A stretch of 64,000 bases of DNA from Welwitschia mirabilis (Eukaryota), in NCBI GenBank assembly GCA_051453625.1, contig JBOZIK010000001.1:29100168-29164167 (forward strand). The letters run 5' to 3'. Positions 12,701 to 26,422 of this stretch are shown here, piece after piece. Under the pieces are notes generated by a model that had not been told where the DNA came from, made no database searches, and worked only from the letters and a program-made list of their open reading frames with translations. Both the position numbers and the translations under genes were made by a program. The number at the start of each line of letters is the position of its first letter. The first letter of the stretch is position 1.

Positions 12701-14978
12701 TTTTTACATGTCTTTTCCAATGATGCTCAATATTCAAAAAGCTATCATAAGATATTATCTTTCAATCTTATCTTTCAATGACACTTATCATTTCTTCATC
12801 TCTTATTTAAATTTGAAAAATTGTGCTATCTAGATATTATCTTTTTACTCTCACTTCTTCTAATTGATTCGACTTAAGAATAATTGCATACATTTCATGC
12901 TTTATCAATTGGTGAATATTTTATTTAGATCTTATTTTTCTGAAATAATATAAATTTCTTAAGACCATCTTTCTTTTGCTTTATTTCTTTCTTCTTCAAA
13001 AAAGTGTGAGTTTGATTTTAGATTTTTAAATAAAGATTACTTGCCTTTGATCTTTTCCTTTGGCTTCTATGATACTTTTGATTTTTAGTTTTCTATTTTA
13101 ATAGTCTCTATTTTCTATTTTTAGTTTTTATTTCTATTTGTAATTTGTATTTTTTATTTTCTATTCTAAAATAATAATCTATCATCCCCTTTGTTATTTG
13201 GATGATAAGACAGATGATAGTCTACTTTTTTAGTTTCTATTTTCAAGTTTTTCTATAAGTTTTTTTATATTCTATTTCTATTTCTTATATGTGTCATCCT
13301 CTTTGTTGTCTAAACAATGAGCAGGATGATAGTCAATAAAATAATGATTTTAGTTAGAGAAAATACATTTTTAGGATTCTATTGAGATTTCTAAGTTGAT
13401 TGCTTAAGAATTTTAAAAATTAAATTGGTAAAATTTGGAATTACATGAGCAAATCACCTAAATTTTTTCTTAGCTTTTTCCCTCACAAGATTATTATGGC
13501 ATTACTTGATTATTTTTTTAAACCTGACTTGTGTATTTATTTTTATGATTGATCTTTTAACTTAGGAATTTTAGTGATTAGATTAGATTCACCCAGTATT
13601 AGAATATTCATATATTCATGAACTTTAATTTGAAGGAAGATGCGATGTTTTTCTCAATGGTGAAAAGATCTTAAATAGTTTAAGAGTGTTCTTTTCTGTC
13701 TTGGTTTTACAACTATTACCTTTGTATTTTGGAGTGTTTGATCATGAGAAATGTTGTATTATTTTTAATAAGATAAAAAATAAGAGAGTAAAATGAAGAC
13801 CATGATGTTTTATAATATCTTAAAAACATGGTCACCATAATATCCTATTGCAAGTACACTGAGGCAAATATTTTTAAGAAAAGCCTTTGATAGTGTAATA
13901 TGGTAGTTGTGGGAACTTCACTGGGAGGTTAGTTGGCCATGCTTTATGGGTCCTTACTTCTTTAGCTATGGTTGCACTCCCCTCATCATGGATAATAAAG
14001 CTGTACTAAAATTTGAGGCTATGGAATCAGTGATGTTCCTAGTATCATCATAGGAATTGTTTGTTTTTTAGACTCTTAGTCCTTTTACATAATCATTTCA
14101 TTTCTTAAGATTTGGGTGTTTGTTATGAGATGACGACGAGTGAGTTCATTTTTGAGTAATTCTTTGGTTTCATCATTCATTTTTTAAAGCATTTTATTTT
14201 AGAATAATCATAATGATACCTTATCAAATGGAATTTTTGTACAAAAAGTAATGAATTTTTCACATCGAGTGATGTTATGATTTCTTTTATGGGAGTTGGC
14301 TAGGTTAAAATATCAAATCAGTAAACTATTTTTAGTTTATGTTATCTTATGTCCATTTTTCTTATTTCTTTTATAGCTTAGTTGGTTATTTCAAAGTTAC
14401 TACTATATTTTCATAGCATGTCTTTCTCGTTCAAGTTTTTAATAAAACATAATTTGTTACTTAGATAAGTTTTTTCTAAATAAATTTATGTTATTTTTAG
14501 ATTTTTGATGTTCTAAGCACTGCTCATTTTTTTCTGTGATGAAACATTTTTATTTTTCACTCTTTTCTTTACCTATCAAAATATTTCATTAATATCTATT
14601 TTTCAAATCTGAAATTACTCAGCTTTTTACTTCGTTTAGAAAGTTGTCTTTTTTACCTGCCTTCTCACTCCCATCTACTTTCTTTGCTTTATTTTTCTAA
14701 TACAAGATGTATTAGTTTTTTTTTTTTTTTTTAAAGAGGAGATAGAAACCCATTTTTATGAACCATTTTCAAAAATAATTTAACTTAATTCAGAGCTTTT
14801 ATGAAATAAAATTTTTAAATTTTTATACACATTTTGCATTATTTATTATTTATCTATGTGATGTGTTTTATGAGCTTGTTCTATAGTTTTTGGATTTATC
14901 TTTTAAAAAAATAGCTCACAATTATGGTGTTTTGACCTATTTTTTGTTAGGAACTGACAGAGGCTAAGTGGAGGGCTA

Positions 14979-16051
14979 TGTTGCACTACCAATTTGTGGT
15001 TATTTGATTAGGTTTTTATGAGTTGTTTTGCAGGACTTTTACATAGGTTTAAGTGCAATTTTGAGAATTTTGAAGATTCAATAGAAAATCTTAGAAATGT
15101 ATGATTCTTACTAGATTTGATGTATTAAAGGAAAATTTTGATGCAAAGAGCTTTAGAGAAGGATTACTAATAAAAAAAATCTAATTTCACCTTAAGAAAA
15201 TATCAAAGAAGACTATTGTCCACTCCATCATCTCCATGATGGGCAGAATGACAACTACTAATGTGAACTGCTAAATCACTACTGAGTCTTCTGAGCCATC
15301 TTTTGTAATGTTCTATCATTTCTTGGCTATTAACATGTAACCATTAGGATGACATTAATATGTAACCAACTCTAATAATTACCCTTGACCATTTCATCCA
15401 TTTCTGAATTGTAAAGGAGTGTGCCTAACTGCACCTTATGTTTTTCCTTTTCTATTATATTTTTCTATAAATAATTCCTCCTTCAACTCTCCTTTGCATT
15501 TTCATTGCATTGGAAATTCTTGTGATAAGAGGTTAAATGGTAGAAGATCCATTTTGAGCATTCTAAAAAGATATGCACTCGGTGGAGAGCTGTGTATAGT
15601 CCATTGAGATCCAACTATTTTGTAACTAAGATGTTTATTACTCTTTCTTAACATAAATCTTGTTTTGTTTTCATATTTGTATTATAGATTTTCTAATAAT
15701 CCTTATAGTCTATGATTCCCTTGATCTAGTGATAATTTATTGGGCGATATATATTATCAAGGGTAACCCTTTATTAAGAATAAAAGTAAGCAATCTTAGT
15801 TCATTTTTCATTCATCTATATGAGCTGCACTTTGCATTTGCGTTACATTCCTTTATTTCCCTACATTGTTATTTATTTCTAGTTCCTATTCCATTTTGTA
15901 AAGCAATTTAAGTCTCATATCATAGTCTTTAACATGGATAAAACATACTCCCAATCGTACTAGTATGATGTATTGTGTAATATAGCTATTTATTTTATGA
16001 ATGATAGAATATTTCTAAACTTAAGCATTTGCACAAATACACACTGTAATA
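14979..16051 (+). repeat. 3' LTR, family A
   Basis: Starts TGTTGCAC after the PPT, ends ...acactgtaata (CA decayed to TA) and is followed by the TSD GAGAG. Confidence 0.9.
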
Positions 16052-16328
16052 GAGAGGGTGATAGAGATTTAGAAGGATAATTTAATAAACATTCCTAATA
16101 TGCTTCATGTCCATCATAATGTGACCATAACCAACCTATGAGATTACATCTCTCACTACTTTTTAGATATTGAGGAGCCTATTATTGAGCCACATATGGA
16201 GACAAGTGATAAGAGAGACTCTGATATGGAGGTTGAGTTCTAGTCCTCTTCACACATGGACCTATGATTGTTGATGTAGTTCTTAGTTATATAGCAATTT
16301 TACTTCTTTCATACTATTATACTCAAGA

Positions 16329-16388
16329 ACATTAATTTTTAATTGGTAATCAATATTTACATTAATTTTTAATTGGTAATCAATATTT
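16329..16388. repeat. Exact 30-bp tandem duplication
   Basis: acattaatttttaattggtaatcaatattt occurs twice in tandem. Confidence 0.95.
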
Positions 16389-16561
16389 ATGTAATGCTTA
16401 TTTGATAGTAACTTCCTTTTATTTTACATTTTCTATTTATATAGATATGTAATCTAATTTTTAATTGGATTTTAAGGTTTTCTTTTCTAGTAATTTAGCA
16501 TCACAAAGTCTTTGTTTACTTTGTTGGTTGAGGGACTAACAAAATGCTAGATGGAAAGATA

Positions 16562-18092
16562 TGATGTAATCCCAACTTATCATATTTTCATAGTGTAATT
16601 GATGATGTTTTGCAAAGAACAAGAATTTAATTCAATCATTTTTAGAAATTTTATTGTGTACCAATATAAAAATTTAATTATGATATTAAGTTCCATATTT
16701 TCATTCATAAAAACAAGAATTCAACTAAGGAACAAAGTGGAGCAAAGAGTGGAAGAAAATTCTAAGAAATTCACTGTCATTCTTGTTATCATTTCCTCAA
16801 TAGAGGGCATGACCACATGGGCTATGGTATTCAAGGCTAACTTGGGGAGGCTGACTTGGTGAGGCTAACATGACTAGTCTAGGTGCCTGTCATAGCCTAT
16901 GTTATCCCCACGACATAGGGAATGACATATCCAGTAAGCTTTAAATTCAAATCCCAATGAGCTTATTACATTATGAATTATAATTGGATGATAAAGGGGT
17001 GTCATTCCATATGTCATCTCAATGCTAACAATGAAATGACAATTTCATAACTTCTTCCTGACCAAATTAATTAAGATCTAGTCTAAGCCTAATGATGCCT
17101 CTTGCCTATACCAACCTTCTTGACCTGTAATCACCTTAGGAAAACTATAAAAATCCCCCATTTCAAATCATTTCATCATATTTTAGCATTGGAGGATTGG
17201 TGACAAAGGCATCCAAGGAGTTAAGGGTTTATTTAAGCATAGAAGAGAACATTCTTAGTGATTAGACTATGCTTTTGACATTGAAAAATCAGAACCTTGT
17301 TGAGGTGTTTTGTAAGACATTCCATTTATTTAATAAAATGTCTTTCTTCTTAAATTTAGATTATTTCTATTATGGCTTATGTTAAAGTCTGATTAATGCT
17401 ATTTCTTATATTAATTATAATTTAAATACAAGTCATAAGGGATGAGTTTGAGTAATAACAACTTAGAAATTTGATTATCATAGGATTACATATTCATTAT
17501 TCATTCATTTTTGCATTGCACATTAGAATAGTTGCATTCTCAATTTTCCTTTTTCCATTATAAGAATACAAAATTTATCAAAAATATTGGACTGCAATTT
17601 AAGTATTTATTCTTTCTTATTTATGTTCTTGATTAGTATTTTATCTTATGCTCTCCAGATTATGACATTCATTGGTTGAATCACTCTATACTAGGCCTAA
17701 TTGAAATTCCATAATTTCTAGAATTAACTACTATAAAGTGTAACTTAGGCCATAAACATTGATCCTTCAATAATTCTATTCATCTTTAGGTAAATCAGAT
17801 TGATAATCTACTTGATCTTAGATTAATCTAATTGATTTCTTTTCTTTAGATCTAATGTAACTCATTAAAAATATAGTTAACCCTTTTTATCGAGATTCAA
17901 TTAGCTCCATTAATGCTCTAGTAAACACCTCATGTTTCAAGTTTTTTTTAGTTACATTTCTATTTAGATTGAATATTATTAAATCGTCAAGGGCATTGAT
18001 CTATTAGAGATTTTGCTACCAATCAAACTTTTATTATCTTGTACTTTTTACTTACATACAAAGGATAAACAACATATTTTAGTTTAGCATCA
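16562..18092 (+). repeat. Putative 3' LTR of the first Athila-like element
   Basis: TGATG...CATCA termini, preceded by tgagggactaacaaaatgctagatggaaag (similar to the pre-LTR tracts at ~14948 and ~41895). TATA-like ctataaaa at ~17145. Confidence 0.7.
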
Positions 18093-18604
18093 ATTGGCAA
18101 TAAATTAATTTCAAAAGTCTTTCCATTTAACTTCGATGACAAATTTACTATGCAAAAAGAATAGTGTTCATAATCTGAGGTTTACTTATTACTGCTACCT
18201 CTAAATACTTCCCCTTACCTTATGCCATAAATGTGTATAAAACTAACAATCATAATAGGATTTCCTACACAAGCATGCAAGTTAAATAATAATTATTAAT
18301 TCATAATTCCTATATGTAAAATGACTCATATCATGTTCAATTAAATAAGATTTAATTTTAAAGTGAAACATTAATATATCCAAAATTTATAAGCAACTCT
18401 TGATAATATATTTCCATTAAGATGTAAATCCAATTATAATAAATAATGACTAGAGTATTTATGATCATATTTTATTAATCATTATAGGACTAATTAAATC
18501 ATAGTAATGAGACTTACATACAATAATAAAATAGATATCGTAATGATCCTTTTAAGTAGCACATAATATTAGAAAGAGTATCTTAACCACTATCATAGTT
18601 AAGC

Positions 18605-18606
<2 letters not shown>

Positions 18607-18648
<42 letters not shown>

Positions 18649-18690
18649 TGTATGTATGTATGTATATGTATATGTATATGTATATACATA
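18607..18690. repeat. Compound (TA)n/(TATG)n microsatellite
   Basis: Directly visible. Confidence 0.95.
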
Positions 18691-21600
18691 TTATAAGATT
18701 TAGCAGTTTGATAAAAATAATAATTGATCACATTAATAACTTGAACTAAGTAAAGATAAGCAAAACTAAATACTTAGGTCTTTTTATTTTGATATGAATA
18801 ATAAAAAAAGAAAAAGAACAAAAAGAAACATAACAAATCTGATTTATTTTTAGATTTTGTCTCATATTTACACTCTTCCTTATCTTATTCTTCATGAAAA
18901 GGATCATATTCTTCTAATGTGTAGGATTTCCTTCATGTCATGAGTAATCAAGTCCAATCATTTTAAAATGAAGAGATATTCATCTAGAGAATATTTCATT
19001 AGATAAAAAGAATAAGTGGATTTTAAAACTAATTTAATAAACACTTGCTTCTTAGATAGAGTGGCATGATGTATGGAAGACAAGAGTGTTAGGAGTTTTA
19101 ACTTGAGATGAAAGTAAATCCTAAAGTACTTATACATTTTTCCAATAAGAACGGAGTATGGAAAGTCTATAATATTCAAGTTGAAATAATATGTTTTTTG
19201 GAATAATAGCTAAGGCATTAATAGAATGTTGTTGTTCCATGAAGTATAAAAGATAAGCTCTATAATTAGAAGTTTTATCTTATTACTTAATAAGAGATAA
19301 GAAATTATATGTAAAGACCAAATGGAAAAAATCAATACTTAGAAAGAAGTAAGAAAGTGAAAAGAGTATTTTTCCACCTAATTGGCTTATTGTAAAGAAT
19401 CCTAATATCCTCTATTTTATCTTTTATTGAATCATCTAGAGGCTAGATGTAATACCCTAACTTATCTTACCTTGATTAGACTTTATTTTTTATTTTTTTC
19501 CTTCTTTAATATTATTAACTAATAAGTAGAATATAACCTAGCATAAAATTCTATTTTTTATTATCATTTTTATATTTTAGGGGAAAAAACTAAACTCTTA
19601 CTATGTATTTACTATAAATTTCTAGGTTGTTTTGGTTTACAACAATAGTATTGTGATAAGTTTGTATCCTATACTTCTTCCTAGCTTTTCTTCAATAGAA
19701 AGATACCTGGAAAATGGTTAACAAGATATAAATTTATTATAAAAAACACATGAATACGTTTGACGGTAATACTTAACCAGGTGGTTGTAACTCTCATTAA
19801 TGGTATTCTAATTTGAAATCTAGCCATTCTTTGGATAGCCATTAGTTATACTTTAGGTTTTAAACTATACACACTTAGCTAGGCTTAACTCTATATGTTT
19901 ACACATCACTTAGATAAATCCCCAATATAGCTCATAGGTGCTATGTAAGATGGATGTATGCTTACAATTGACCCCTGCTTTATTGATACATGTTTGGATG
20001 GTGCAACATGATTCTTTAATGCTACAGGTTTAGTATGTTAAGTTTGAAGAAGTTCATACATGAAATGATAGGATTGATGATCAAATCTGTCTCCATAAGT
20101 GTAATATTTTTAAAAAAAAAATGCAATGCAATTTACCTTAATGATAAGATTTAAGTACATGGATGATATTTGTTAAGATTATTTGAATTTAGTTATATTT
20201 GATAAATATACCATTCAAATAAATATACAAAATTCTATCTAATGTTGACATTTAATAGGGTATTTAAATAGTTATGACAATTCTAATCATTATTAGGTTT
20301 TTTAATAGAAATAATCATACAATAGAAAAACAAAGATATTAAAATATATTTATATTTAAGATAATATTAATAAAAATCTAAATAAAGAAAATATTCCTTT
20401 ATTATTTTTCATAATAATAATAATAATGATATTTAAAAAGTATCAAATTTTATCTTGAGAATATACTTAAAACAAACTAATCTATACCTACAATTATGCT
20501 AATCCTAGAAGCATTGTTTCATGCTCATATGATAATATACTATAGTTATGTGTAATGAAGATAAACAAAGGAAGTATAGCTCAAGCATGGTTATCAATAT
20601 TAATTCTTTATTTGAGACTCATATAGTTGTAGCATAAATCAAGAAAACAAGTGATAACTTAATGACTATTTAAGTTAGTTAAATTACTAAGGTGGAAACT
20701 CTTATAAGCATGTGTATTCAAAGTAAGGTTAAAAAAAAAAAGGTAAAATAGGTATTTCTTCTAATAAAATATTATTACTAGAAAGTGTAGCTTGATGTTA
20801 TGAGTTATAACTTATGATATATACTTGAATTACTATATAATTTTATTAAATAATGTTTCTATAATTTAAGACATTAATTATAAGTGTTTTGGGCTCTAAG
20901 AAGAAATCATAATAAATAATTAATTAGGAGGTTAAAAATAAATAAAATATAATATTTTTACATAAATTAGATTTATAATAGAATCCTTAGAGCTCACTTA
21001 AACCATTTAAAATTCTAAAAGTTTTGAAGTCATGATTTAAGATTAGAAACTATTACATTTGTCAAAATTACAATCCTATTACACTATAGTAAAATAACTA
21101 TAATTTCCAAAATACTTTATGCTTTTAAATGATTTTATATATTGTAGAAACATTATTTAATTATCTATAACCTAGGATACTTATTATTTAAAATAACATA
21201 ACTAATAGTTATATAAATTAAAATTAATTAATTACTATTTTTTACATTTATCTCCTAACACATTTGCATAAATAATTTTCTTAAAAATTGTTATAAATAA
21301 AAAGTTGATGTTTTCAAATTTTTACAACTGTAACATAATCCTAGACTAATAAAAAACATTCTAATAATTTATTACTACTATTTAATGAGCTATACTAGAT
21401 AAACTAAACATCTAAAATATGTCTTAGCTAACTATTACTAAAGAAAATCAATGTGTAAAAGAAAAATAAATGCATAAAAACATTTTAATGAGCCTTAAGA
21501 TTGTCAAGAAGGAGCACCAACCTAAAAGAGATTTAAAGAATTAGAATTTTATGCCTAATAAAGTTGATCTAATGCAAAATAAATGAAAATATAATATTAA

Positions 21601-21843
21601 ATATTTATATTTATATAAATAAATATTGATACCCAAATTTTTATAATGATCCTCTAATATCTTGATCATAATCATCCATTGATAATCTTCATCACCAAGA
21701 ATAAGAAATCCCTCATTTCTACTTGATTTCTTAAGTAAGAGCCAATGGGATGAAATACATTTTATAACATGATACCATGATATAATGGACTAATGTAAAA
21801 TTTCATTAATCTACTAGAATCTTAAAAGAGATCATATGGATAA

Positions 21844-23109
21844 TGTTGCGGTGTGAATTTATGTAATCTTTAAGTCCTTAGACAAATCTTATAAATCATA
21901 ATACTTGAAAAGCAATATGTATTAGTATAGATGGAAGTTAATCTGAATGTCATAATCTATTGGAAAAACTAGGCTAAGAGTTAGAAAATGGATTTCACAA
22001 AGTATTTTAGACTTTTCCTCTTCTAGTTAATGAAAGTAAACAATAATACAAATACAATGCAAGATGAATGATAATAAAATGCAATGGATGAAATGCAAGT
22101 GATATGAATTCTACTTGAATTTTAATCCTCCTATCATAATAACTAGTTCTTATAATTTAGATCAATTAGAAAGAGTTTGTTACTTGTTCATAACCAACAT
22201 GAACTATAAGATGTTCCAAATAGAATATGGATAATTCAAGTATGAAATGGAATAAAGAAAATGCAATGCAAAACCTAAACTAATGAAGTCAACCTTAACA
22301 AAGTTTACCTTTATGATCTAAACTTAGAAAGTTATCACCAAACCATAATCAACATAAACCATAAGGGATGTTTACATAATAGGAGTGAAAAGAGTAATTG
22401 AATTAACCATCAACTTTTCATCCACTTGTAGCAAAGTAGTAGTACTTCAATTGAGGATACTCAACCAAACACCAAGGTAAACTTCTTTATGTAGCTATTG
22501 GATGGACATTTTGTTCTTTGGTCTTTTATCACAAGAATATTCAGTCTAAAGGATAGAAATTAAAGTGAAGAAAAGGGAGGGTATTTATATTTTTACATTG
22601 AATTTCTAGAAGCTTAATCCTAAGAATCAAAGAAGAAACCCTAGCAATCCATATGGGTCACATGATCCCATTATAAAGATAAGTCTTTCCATCCATATAA
22701 AAATAGGTGTCATCCTGAATCTCATGCGGATGACAATGGAGATGTCACTAGATGTCACTCCTTATGAAAATGTGATCCATTAGCTTTATGCCCCACATTT
22801 AACTCCATATCTTTAATCCATATCATTTTTTATGTAATCTTGATTGTTGTGGGGACAACAGAGGGGACAAAAGACCCCTTAATCTTCTAATTCAAAGGGA
22901 AATTAGTCTTCTACTTGTTTAATCATTCCTTCAAAGAATGAAGCATCAAAATATGCTTGCGATGCCTCCAAATATGCTAAGAATTATATGATTTAGTGAA
23001 CATCTTATCAATCTTTCATAATCATTAGAATTACATTCAAACCTGTATAGATGTTTTGCAAAAGTACTCAAAGTATATCATCAAATTCCTATAAATTGGC
23101 ATTGTAATA
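21844..23109 (-). mobile_element. Solo LTR, family B, with TSD
   Basis: Reverse-complement homolog of 41924-43175 at both ends and at internal blocks; flanked by GATAA at 21839-21843 and 23110-23114. Confidence 0.9.
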
Positions 23110-23700
23110 GATAACATAAGTAAAGGATCTCACTTGAAATGATTAGTAATTTCTTTATAGATGAATATTGATGAAGTTCTAAGCTTATGAATTCTTATCT
23201 ATAAGATTTTAAAATCTAAGCTCCATAAGTAAGAGAATAAGAATAAAGAGAGATGAAAAAACAAAATGCACTTGCATGAAAATGGAAAGTATCTCCTTTT
23301 TATAGAATAGGAAATGATAATGTATGTNNNNNNNNNNNNNNNNNNNNNNNNNNNNNNNNNNNNNNNNNNNNNNNNNNNNNNNNNNNNNNNNNNNNNNNNN
23401 NNNNNNNNNNNNNNNNNNNNNNNNNNNNNNNNNNNNNNNNNNNNNNNNNNNNNNNNNNNNNNNNNNNNNNNNNNNNNNNNNNNNNNNNNNNNNNNNNNNN
23501 NNNNNNNNNNNNNNNNNNNNNNNNNNNNNNNNNNNNNNNNNNNNNNNNNNNNNNNNNNNNNNNNNNNNNNNNNNNNNNNNNNNNNNNNNNNNNNNNNNNN
23601 NNNNNNNNNNNNNNNNNNNNNNNNNNNNNNNNNNNNNNNNNNNNNNNNNNNNNNNNNNNNNNNNNNNNNNNNNNNNNNNNNNNNNNNNNNNNNNNNNNNN

Positions 23701-23770
<70 letters not shown>
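23701..23770. repeat. (CA)n microsatellite next to an assembly gap
   Basis: Directly visible. Confidence 0.97.
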
Positions 23771-23772
<2 letters not shown>

Positions 23773-24670
23773 AAAAAAAGAAACATTAAAGTATAAAAAG
23801 ACATATCATATTTATGACTCATGATTGTAAGTGGGGTGAGTAATTTTATTGCTTTAATTAGGAGGATTAATTAGATGCATTATTTCCTTATTCTAACTTC
23901 TTCTTAATCATTAATAGGCTCATACACATGTTTAATTAATTCAAGAAATGTATCAAAAGAATAAATGTGAAAATCCAAAATTGTTGTATGACATAATGAT
24001 ATAAACTCTTCAAGTCTAAGGAATAAAACAATTAGCATGTCATGAATTCATAAATTATAAAGTTAAAGTTATCACATGAGATAATGAGATAAGCCTTTTT
24101 AACTCTAATGAATAAAGCAATACATATGATATAAATCAAGTACTATTACACATAGAAAAAAGATATAATTCATGGTTAGATTATCGTTATTATTTCAATT
24201 AAGAGTGCATGTACTTATTCACATGTGTATTTATTTAATAATGCATAAAATCTATTAATGATACAACACAAAGAAGTATATGTCTATTCATAATTAAGCA
24301 TAGTATACTTATGACATTTACAACAAAAATTTAAATGAGCAAATAAGATGTCACTTGATATTTTTTCTAAAACATATTATTATACCCTACTAAAATTTTC
24401 AATTTATTTATTTTATCATGTGATTTAAATTTCTTATATAATGGGGTTATCTAGTTTTCATATTTGAATAGATTTTCTCATAAACATATTCATGACATAA
24501 TTATTATCATTATCATGTTAAATATGAAAATTATGAAAACTAAGGTTAATTACTTTAAATACCATCTTATTTTCATAAGGCATTTAAATAAGAAGAGTTC
24601 ATTATCTAATTGAAAGCTTCATAGGCTTAACATTAAAGTACTTAAGGTTTACAAAATGTGGGATATGACA

Positions 24671-26420
24671 TTCTTCCCTACATAGAAAGATTGACTCTTG
24701 AGAATCAAGATACATTAATATTTTAAAAGATTCTAACTAGATACTACGAGATTTGAAAAAGTTTTGGATATTTATTTTTTATTATTTCCTCTTACTTCCA
24801 AGTAGCTTCATTGGTACTATGATTGCTTTATTTTAACTTCATTTAATGGGTATTCTTATTTTATAAACTAATATTTCCTCTATCTAGTAATACATTTACA
24901 TTCTTTATAGTTAGAAAATCTAGCTTCACCTAAATATAAGACTAATTTAGCACATGATAAGGATCTATAGTATAGTTTCTTAGTATACTTACATGAAATA
25001 CTTCATGTATGTGCAATAAGAAATGCGGTAGATCAAGCTTATATCAAATAGGTCTAATGCATTCTAATATTTCATATGATCTAATGGATCAAGAAGATAA
25101 TTTTGATCTATAAACTTCTTTCATCACTGATTTCATTGGCAACACCTAAGAAATACATGATCACACATTTTTAACTTAGGATATCTTCTTTAATGGCCTT
25201 TATACATCTCTTATATGTCTTTAAGCCTATTTTGAATGATCATTATTTTAGTTTTTATTTCTTAAAACATGTTTGATCCTTTAGTTCATTCTTCTTCAAA
25301 TCTTATCTATGAAATATATGCTTTACACTTTTTATAATATAGGACTTCAAATATAGTGATTGTAATTGAACTGTATTAACTATTACTCTATGTAAATTTC
25401 AAAAATGGTAGATACTATTCCTATTCTTAGAATCATCTAGAATAGATGCTCTAATAAGGTTTTCTAAAATTTGGTTAACATTTTTTATCTACCATCTATT
25501 TGAAAATGAAATATAGTTATTATATTTATCTTGGCACCTAAATCAATTTATAATTCTTGCTAAAACATAGAAGTTAATTTTAAACATCTATTAGAGATAA
25601 TTAATAAAGGTACATCATGTAACTAAATAACATTTTTCATATATACTTTAGATATATCTTTTATCATTATAAGTAGATTTTACTAGAATGAAATGTGTTA
25701 ACTCAGTTTTTCTATCAATTATCACATTGTAGAGTTATTATATCCTTTAGATTTTGGAATATCTAAAATATAGTCTATCCAAATTACATCTCATCTATAT
25801 TCTAGAATATCACAAGGATAAAATAATCTTTTTGAATTTCTATGTTTTACTTTAGATATGTAATAATTCAAATACTTTAATAAAAATTCTACTATATTGG
25901 TTTTCACCCTTGTCCATTAAAATTAATTTTCTGATACATTTTAGTTCCTCTAGCATGATACATTATAGGTAGATTATGAAATTCAAACATGAACTTATGC
26001 CAAATTTCATCTACATTAGAGACCAAAAATTTTCCTCAAAATCTAATAATATCATCTAAATTAATACTAAATTTCTTTAAATCTATTGGTTTTTCTAATT
26101 AGTATTTTAATATTGAGAATTCTCATCCTTTTTTTATTCCTTTAAAATAATGATTAGTATTTATCTTTAAGGTAACCTAATCTATTAAGAGCATATGCAA
26201 ATTTATTTCCTTTTCCGTATTGGTATAAAATGTCTAAATCAAAATCACATAGAAATTTCATCCATCTACCTTTCCTAATGTATAAGTTTGATTAACTAAA
26301 AATGTATTTTAAACTTTTATGGTCTATCTAAATTTGAAACTTTACACCATAGAAATAATTCTTTCATAACTTTATAAAAAAATATCATAGATAATTCAAG
26401 AACATTATTAACATGTAAAA
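24671..26420 (-). pseudogene. Chromovirus (Tekay/Del-like) pol remnant: RNase H C-terminus, integrase, chromodomain
   Basis: Minus-strand motifs: NYFYGVKFQI*IDHKSLKYIF and RWMKFLCDFDLDILYQYGKGNKFAYALNR (~26180-26365); FHFQIDG (~25500); HEVFHVSILRNY (~24990); EATWK*EEI (~24800); then the PPT. Confidence 0.85.
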
Positions 26421-26422
26421 AT

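Larger units (their letters stand above)
8640..16051 (+). mobile_element. Complete non-autonomous (LARD-like) Athila-related LTR element, family A
   Basis: Two homologous ~1.08-kb LTRs, TSD GAGAG at 8635-8639 and 16052-16056, a decayed tRNA-Asp-type PBS and a PPT aagtggaggg (~14966). No RT/INT motifs in the visible internal sequence, which contains a ~640-N gap. Confidence 0.9.
7652..16243 (+). pseudogene. Decayed Athila-type extra ORF downstream of pol, split by the 8640-16051 insertion
   Basis: GC-richer, coding-like sequence. EVEVIKFY*TFK (~7824) followed by IRSTIGGCHIYI resembles the 'lVxeFYxn...ixsxVxG' pattern of Athila/plant-transposon ORFs. The frame reads through QAILER|VIEI once the insertion and one GAGAG copy are removed. 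Confidence 0.55.
1..18092 (+). mobile_element. Decayed Athila-like Ty3/Gypsy LTR retrotransposon (5' end outside window), carrying nested insertions
   Basis: The order is gag-PR-RT-RH-INT remnants (1-5290), a long noncoding spacer, an extra ORF (7652-16243, interrupted), a purine-rich PPT-like tract (~16529-16560), then an LTR TGATG...CATCA at 16562-18092. Confidence 0.8.
19448..24670 (-). repeat. Putative long 3' LTR of a Tekay/Del-like chromovirus (contains the solo LTR, a gap and a CA microsatellite)
   Basis: The minus strand begins TGTCATATCC at 24670, right after the PPT (gtagggaagaa). The candidate far end is TGTAATACCC at 19448. This left boundary is inferred and has no partner LTR. 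Confidence 0.45.

Noticed and set aside
9083..15607. Paired similar short ORFs (9083/15419; also 29986/36109 and 52071/57148)
   Set aside because: The similarity only reflects LTR pairs, and the frames are not conserved.
18093..18110. attggca after the LTR end as a PBS (making 16562-18092 a 5' LTR)
   Set aside because: The similarity does not extend past TGGC, and the LTR is preceded by a PPT-like tract, which fits a 3' LTR.
23199..23822. Five ORFs with CVCV/HTHT repeats
   Set aside because: Artefacts of the (CA)n microsatellite plus an N gap.
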